Part shown: positions 60,008 through 64,000 of the stretch, one piece after another
Position numbering within the stretch: position 1 is the first letter of the stretch
Layout of the letters: each line of letters begins with the position of its first letter
Assembly: GCA_030390025.1 (NCBI GenBank)
Contig: CM059432.1
Span: 2,542,001 to 2,606,000 of the forward strand
Direction of reading: 5' to 3'
DNA length: 64,000 nucleotides
Source of the DNA: Squalus acanthias
Taxonomy: Eukaryota
Program-made: the position numbers and the translations under genes
Notes under the pieces: generated by a model
Databases searched by the model: none
Seen by the model: only the letters and a program-made list of their open reading frames with translations
What the model was told of the DNA's origin: nothing

Positions 60008-60555
60008 GCTGTGGGAGGTTGCAGAGTTGGGGGATATCAAAACACCTTTACTATTGGCTCCTTAAGTCTAAACGCAACCAATAGGCAGGTTGAACAGAAC
60101 CCTTCAGGTGTCAAGTTAGCAAGAACAAAGAAAACTTGGTGGCAGCATCCCTCGCTACAGACGAGCACTAACTGCACTGACAAAACATAGAAACATAGAA
60201 GATAGGAGCAGGAGTAGGCCATTCGGCCCCTCGAGCCTGTTCTGTAATGTAGGAAAGGCAGCAGACAATCTGCACACAGCAAGCTCCCACAAACAGCAAT
60301 ATGATAATGACCAGATAATCTTTTTTTAAGTATTGGCCAGGATACCAGGGAGAACTCCTGTTCTTCTTTGAAATTGTGGCGTGGGTTCTTTCACATCATC
60401 AGAGGGGGCAAGACGGGGCCTCGGTTTAACTTCTTTTTCAGAAAGACGGCACCTCTGATAGTGCAGCACTCCCTCAGCGCTGCACTGGGGATGTCAGTCT
60501 AGATTTTTGTGCTCAAGTCTCTGGAGTGGGACTTGAACCCACAACCTTCTGACTC

Positions 60556-61535
60556 ATAGAAACATAGAAGATAGGAGCAGGAGTAGGCCATTCGGCCCCT
60601 CGAGCCTGCTCCGCCATTCAATGAGATCATGGCTGATCATCCAAACTCAGTACCCTGTACCTGCCTTCTCCCCATATCCCTTGATACCTTTAGCTTTATG
60701 AAATATATCTAACTCATTCTTGAATATATTTAATGACTTGGCCTCAACTACCTTCTGTGGTAGAGAATTCCACAGGTTCACCACTCTCTGGGTGAAGAAA
60801 TTCCTCCTCATTTCTGTCCTAAATGGCTTACCCCTTATCCTTAGATTATGACCCCTGGTTCTGGACTCTCCGACCATCGGGAACAGTCTTCCTGCATCTA
60901 GTTTGTCCAGACCTGTCAGAATTTTATATGTTTCAATGAGATCCCCTCTCATTCTTCTATACTCCAGCGAGTATAAGCCCAATCGACCCAATCTCTCCTC
61001 ATATTTCATTCCTGCCATCCCAGGTATCAGCCTTGTGAATCTTCGCTGAACTCCTTCCATGGCAAGAACATCCTTCCTCAGATAAGGCGACCAAAACTGC
61101 ACACAGTACTCAAGGTGTGGTCTCACCAAGGCCCTGTACAACTGCAGCAGGACATCCCTGTTCCTATACTCAAACCCTTTCGCTATGAAGGCCAACATAC
61201 CATTTGCCTTCTTCACCGCCTGCTGCACCTGCATGCTTACCTTCAGCGACTGGTGCACAAGGACACCCAGGTCTCGTTGCACTTCCCCTTCTCCCAATCT
61301 ACTGCCATTCAGATAATAGTCTGCCTTTCTTTTTTTGACACCAAAGTGGATAACCTCGCATTTATCCACGTTATATTGCAACTGCCACGCTTCTGCCCAC
61401 TCACCCAACCTGTCCAGATCATCCTGGAGTTTCTCAGTATCCTCCTTGCAGCACACACTCCCACCCAGCTTTGTGTCATCTGCAAACTTGGAGATATTAC
61501 ATTTAGTTCCCTTATCTAGATCATTAATGTATATC
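60556..61535 (-). mobile_element. Young CR1 3' part
   Basis: ORF 60647-61456 is open to the natural stop (GYGEKAGTGY*), with the CTATGTTTCTATG tail. Confidence 0.92.
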
Positions 61536-62082
61536 CTCTGTTGTTCTTCAAAATAGTGCCATGGGATCTTTATACGTCCACCTGAGAGAACAGATGGGGC
61601 CTTAGATTAACTTCTCATCCGACAGTGCGGCACTCCCTTAGTACTGCCCCTCCGAAGGGGCAGCACTCGCTCAGTATTGCCCCTCCGACAGTGCAGCTCG
61701 CTCTCAGTACTGCCCCTCCGACAGTGCTGCGCTCCCTCAGTACGGCCCCTCCGACAGTGCAGCACTCCCTCAGTACTGTCCCTCCGACAGTGCGGAGCTC
61801 CTCAGTACTGTCCCTCCGACAGTGCAGCTCGCTCTCAGTACTGCCCCTCCGACAGTGCAGCACTCCCTCAGTACTGCCCCTCCGACAGTGCGGCCCTTCC
61901 TCAGTACTGCCCCTCCGACAGTGCGGCCCTTCCTCAGTACTGCACCTCCCACAGTGCGGCGCTCCCTCAGTACTGCACTGGGAGTGTCAGCCTGGATTTC
62001 TGTCCTCAAGTTTCTGGCATGGGACTTGAACCCATGACCTTTTGACTCAGAGGCGAAAATGCTGCCCACCGAGTCACGGTTT
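61536..62082 (-). mobile_element. DeuSINE with about 11 diverged 33-bp units
   Basis: Array at about 61620-61975, head at about 62010-62082. Confidence 0.8.
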
Positions 62083-62583
62083 CCATTTCTGTTCCCTTTT
62101 GAAAGCTGCTCGCCTGCAACATCCTCCAGTCTATGGGACGGCTCCACACCCAGGACAGCAACTCTTCTGTCCCCTCTGCAGATGCTGCCTGACCTGCTGA
62201 ATGTTTCCAGCAGCTTCGGTTTCAGGATGGAGAGCTCTGCATTTATTTACCCCACGCGAAGCAGATAACATCGGGTGCACGGAGTAAAATAGAATAAGCA
62301 ATCATTGTTAAACTTTTGAAGATAGCACTCTCAGATTACTGTGCAATTATCTGCCTGATGGAAGGAGTCTCAGCATCAAGCGCTCACTCCTTGGAGATTG
62401 TAGGTGCAATGACATGAAGAACTTTGCCACAACAATCTTTTGCTCGACGATTTTGCGACTGGATTTGCTTCAACACTTCTTGCGGCGAGTCACAAAAAAT
62501 GGCTCAAATCTGTCATTCTCGAAACTGGCCAAAAAATGCAAGAGGTTTGCAAATATCAAATCAAAAAAGAACAAACTTGTATT

Positions 62584-62725
62584 CTGCGTTGCCTCTTAAT
62601 TTTTGTGTGCGCGCGGTCCCTTTAAATTTGCCGCGCATGCACGGTGTCTTCCAGCGGCAACTGCATGCGAGCGGCCCGCGTGGGACCTCCCGATTGTCGC
62701 CCGTACACCCGAGGGGGACACACTG
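62584..62725. mobile_element. hAT-type MITE inserted in a DeuSINE tail
   Basis: TSD CTTGTATT / CTTGCATT (7 of 8). Confidence 0.65.
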
Positions 62726-63530
62726 CTTGCATTTCTATAGCGCCTTCTACGACCACCGGACGTCCCAAAGCGCTTTACAGCCAATGAAGTACTTTTGAAG
62801 TGTAGTCACTGTTGTAATGTAGGAAACGCGGCAGCCAATTTGCGCACAGCAAGCTCCCACAAACAGCAATGTGATAATGGCCAGATCATCTGTTTTTTAG
62901 TGATATTGATTGAGGGATAAATATTGGCCCAGGACACCGGGGAGAACTCCCCTGCTCTTCTTCGAAATAGTGCCGTGTACGTCCACTTGAGAGAGCAAAC
63001 GGGGCCTTGGTTTTATGTCTCAGCCGAAAGACGGCACCTCTGACAGTGCAGCACTCCCTCAGCACTGCCCCTCCGACAGTGCAGCCCTCCCTCAGTACTG
63101 CCCCTCCGACAGTGCAGCACTCCCTCAGTACTGCCCCTCCGACAGTGCAGCACTCCCTCAGCACTGCCCCTCCGACAGTGCAGCACTCCCTCAGCACTGC
63201 CCCTCCGACAGTGCAGCACTCCCTCAGCACTGCCCCTCCGACAGTGCAGCACTCCCTCAGCACTGCCCCTCCGACAGTGCAGCACTCCCTCAGCACTGCC
63301 CCTCCGACAGTGCAGCACTCCCTCAGCACTGCCCCTCCGACAGTGCGGACCCTCCGACAGTGCAGCACTCCCTCAGCACTGCCCCTCTGACAGTGCAGCA
63401 CTCCCTCAGCACTGCCCCTCTGACAGTGCAGCACTCCCTCAGCACTGCCCCTCTGACAGTGCAGCACTCCCTCAGCACTGCCCCTCTGACAGTGCAGCAC
63501 TCCCTCAGTACTGGCACCGGGGGAGTGTCG
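62726..63530 (-). mobile_element. DeuSINE with about 14 tandem 33-bp units
   Basis: Array (GACAGTGCAGCACTCCCTCAGCACTGCCCCTCC)n at about 63041-63512. Confidence 0.85.
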
Positions 63531-63990
63531 GCCAGAATGATTCCCGGACTCCAAGGGTTAAGTTATGAGGAGAGATTACACAAACTAGGGATGTATTCCC
63601 TAGAATTTAGAAGGTTAAGGGGTGATCTGATCGAAGTTTTCAGGATATTCAGGGGAACAGATAGGGTAGAGAGAGAGAAACTATTTCCGCTGGTTTGGGA
63701 TTCTAGGACTAGGGGGCATAGTCTAAAAATTAGAGCCAGACCTTTCAGGAGTGAAATTAGGAAACACTTCTACACACAAAGGGTGGTAAAAGTTTGGAAC
63801 TCTTCCGCAAACGGCAATTGATGTTATATCAATTGTTAATTTTAAATGAGATTGATAGATTTCTGTTAACCAAAGGCATTAAGGGATATGGGCAAAGACG
63901 GGTATGTGGAGTTAGGTCGCAGATCAGCCATGATCTCATTGAATGGCAGAACAGGCTGGAGGGGCTGAATGGCCTCCTCCTGTTCCTATG
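63531..63990 (+). mobile_element. CR1 3' fragment
   Basis: [19 protein letters not shown]...RKHFYTQRVVKVWNS plus tail. Confidence 0.85.
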
Positions 63991-64000
63991 TACAGAGACA

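Noticed and set aside
62886..63821. Repetitive protein-coding ORFs (also 16192-16572 and 61615-62147)
   Set aside because: They are in-frame translations of the 33-bp SINE unit, in one case running into a CR1 fragment.

Overview
Eukaryotic genomic DNA, very probably from a cartilaginous fish (shark-type CR1/HER1 LINEs, HE1-like V-SINE, DeuSINEs). The only host gene found is SS18 (SYT, BAF complex subunit) on the minus strand. Eight consecutive internal coding exons, equivalent to human exons 3-10, total 1063 nt. All have GT-AG boundaries and join in frame. The first two exons and the last exon were not found and presumably lie outside the window. The introns are mostly nested transposable elements: two CR1-group LINE families, L2, a Vingi/Ingi-like fragment, three SINE superfamilies each sharing a tail with a local LINE, hAT, Harbinger and Tigger-type MITEs, and solo LTRs. 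The most notable structures are: (i) two families of short Penelope-like elements carrying minimal hammerhead ribozyme motifs, two copies of which fold back at the ribozyme; (ii) a 193-bp LTR inserted, inverted, into another copy of itself; (iii) a 2.2-kb minisatellite inside a Charlie-type hAT element; (iv) a 33-bp DeuSINE segment amplified to different copy numbers in several SINEs; (v) a Harbinger-type MITE pair with compensatory hairpin changes. Almost all long ORFs in the track are LINE RT remnants or translations of tandem repeats. Family assignments come from motif recognition only, with no database search. TE boundaries are approximate unless TSDs are quoted.
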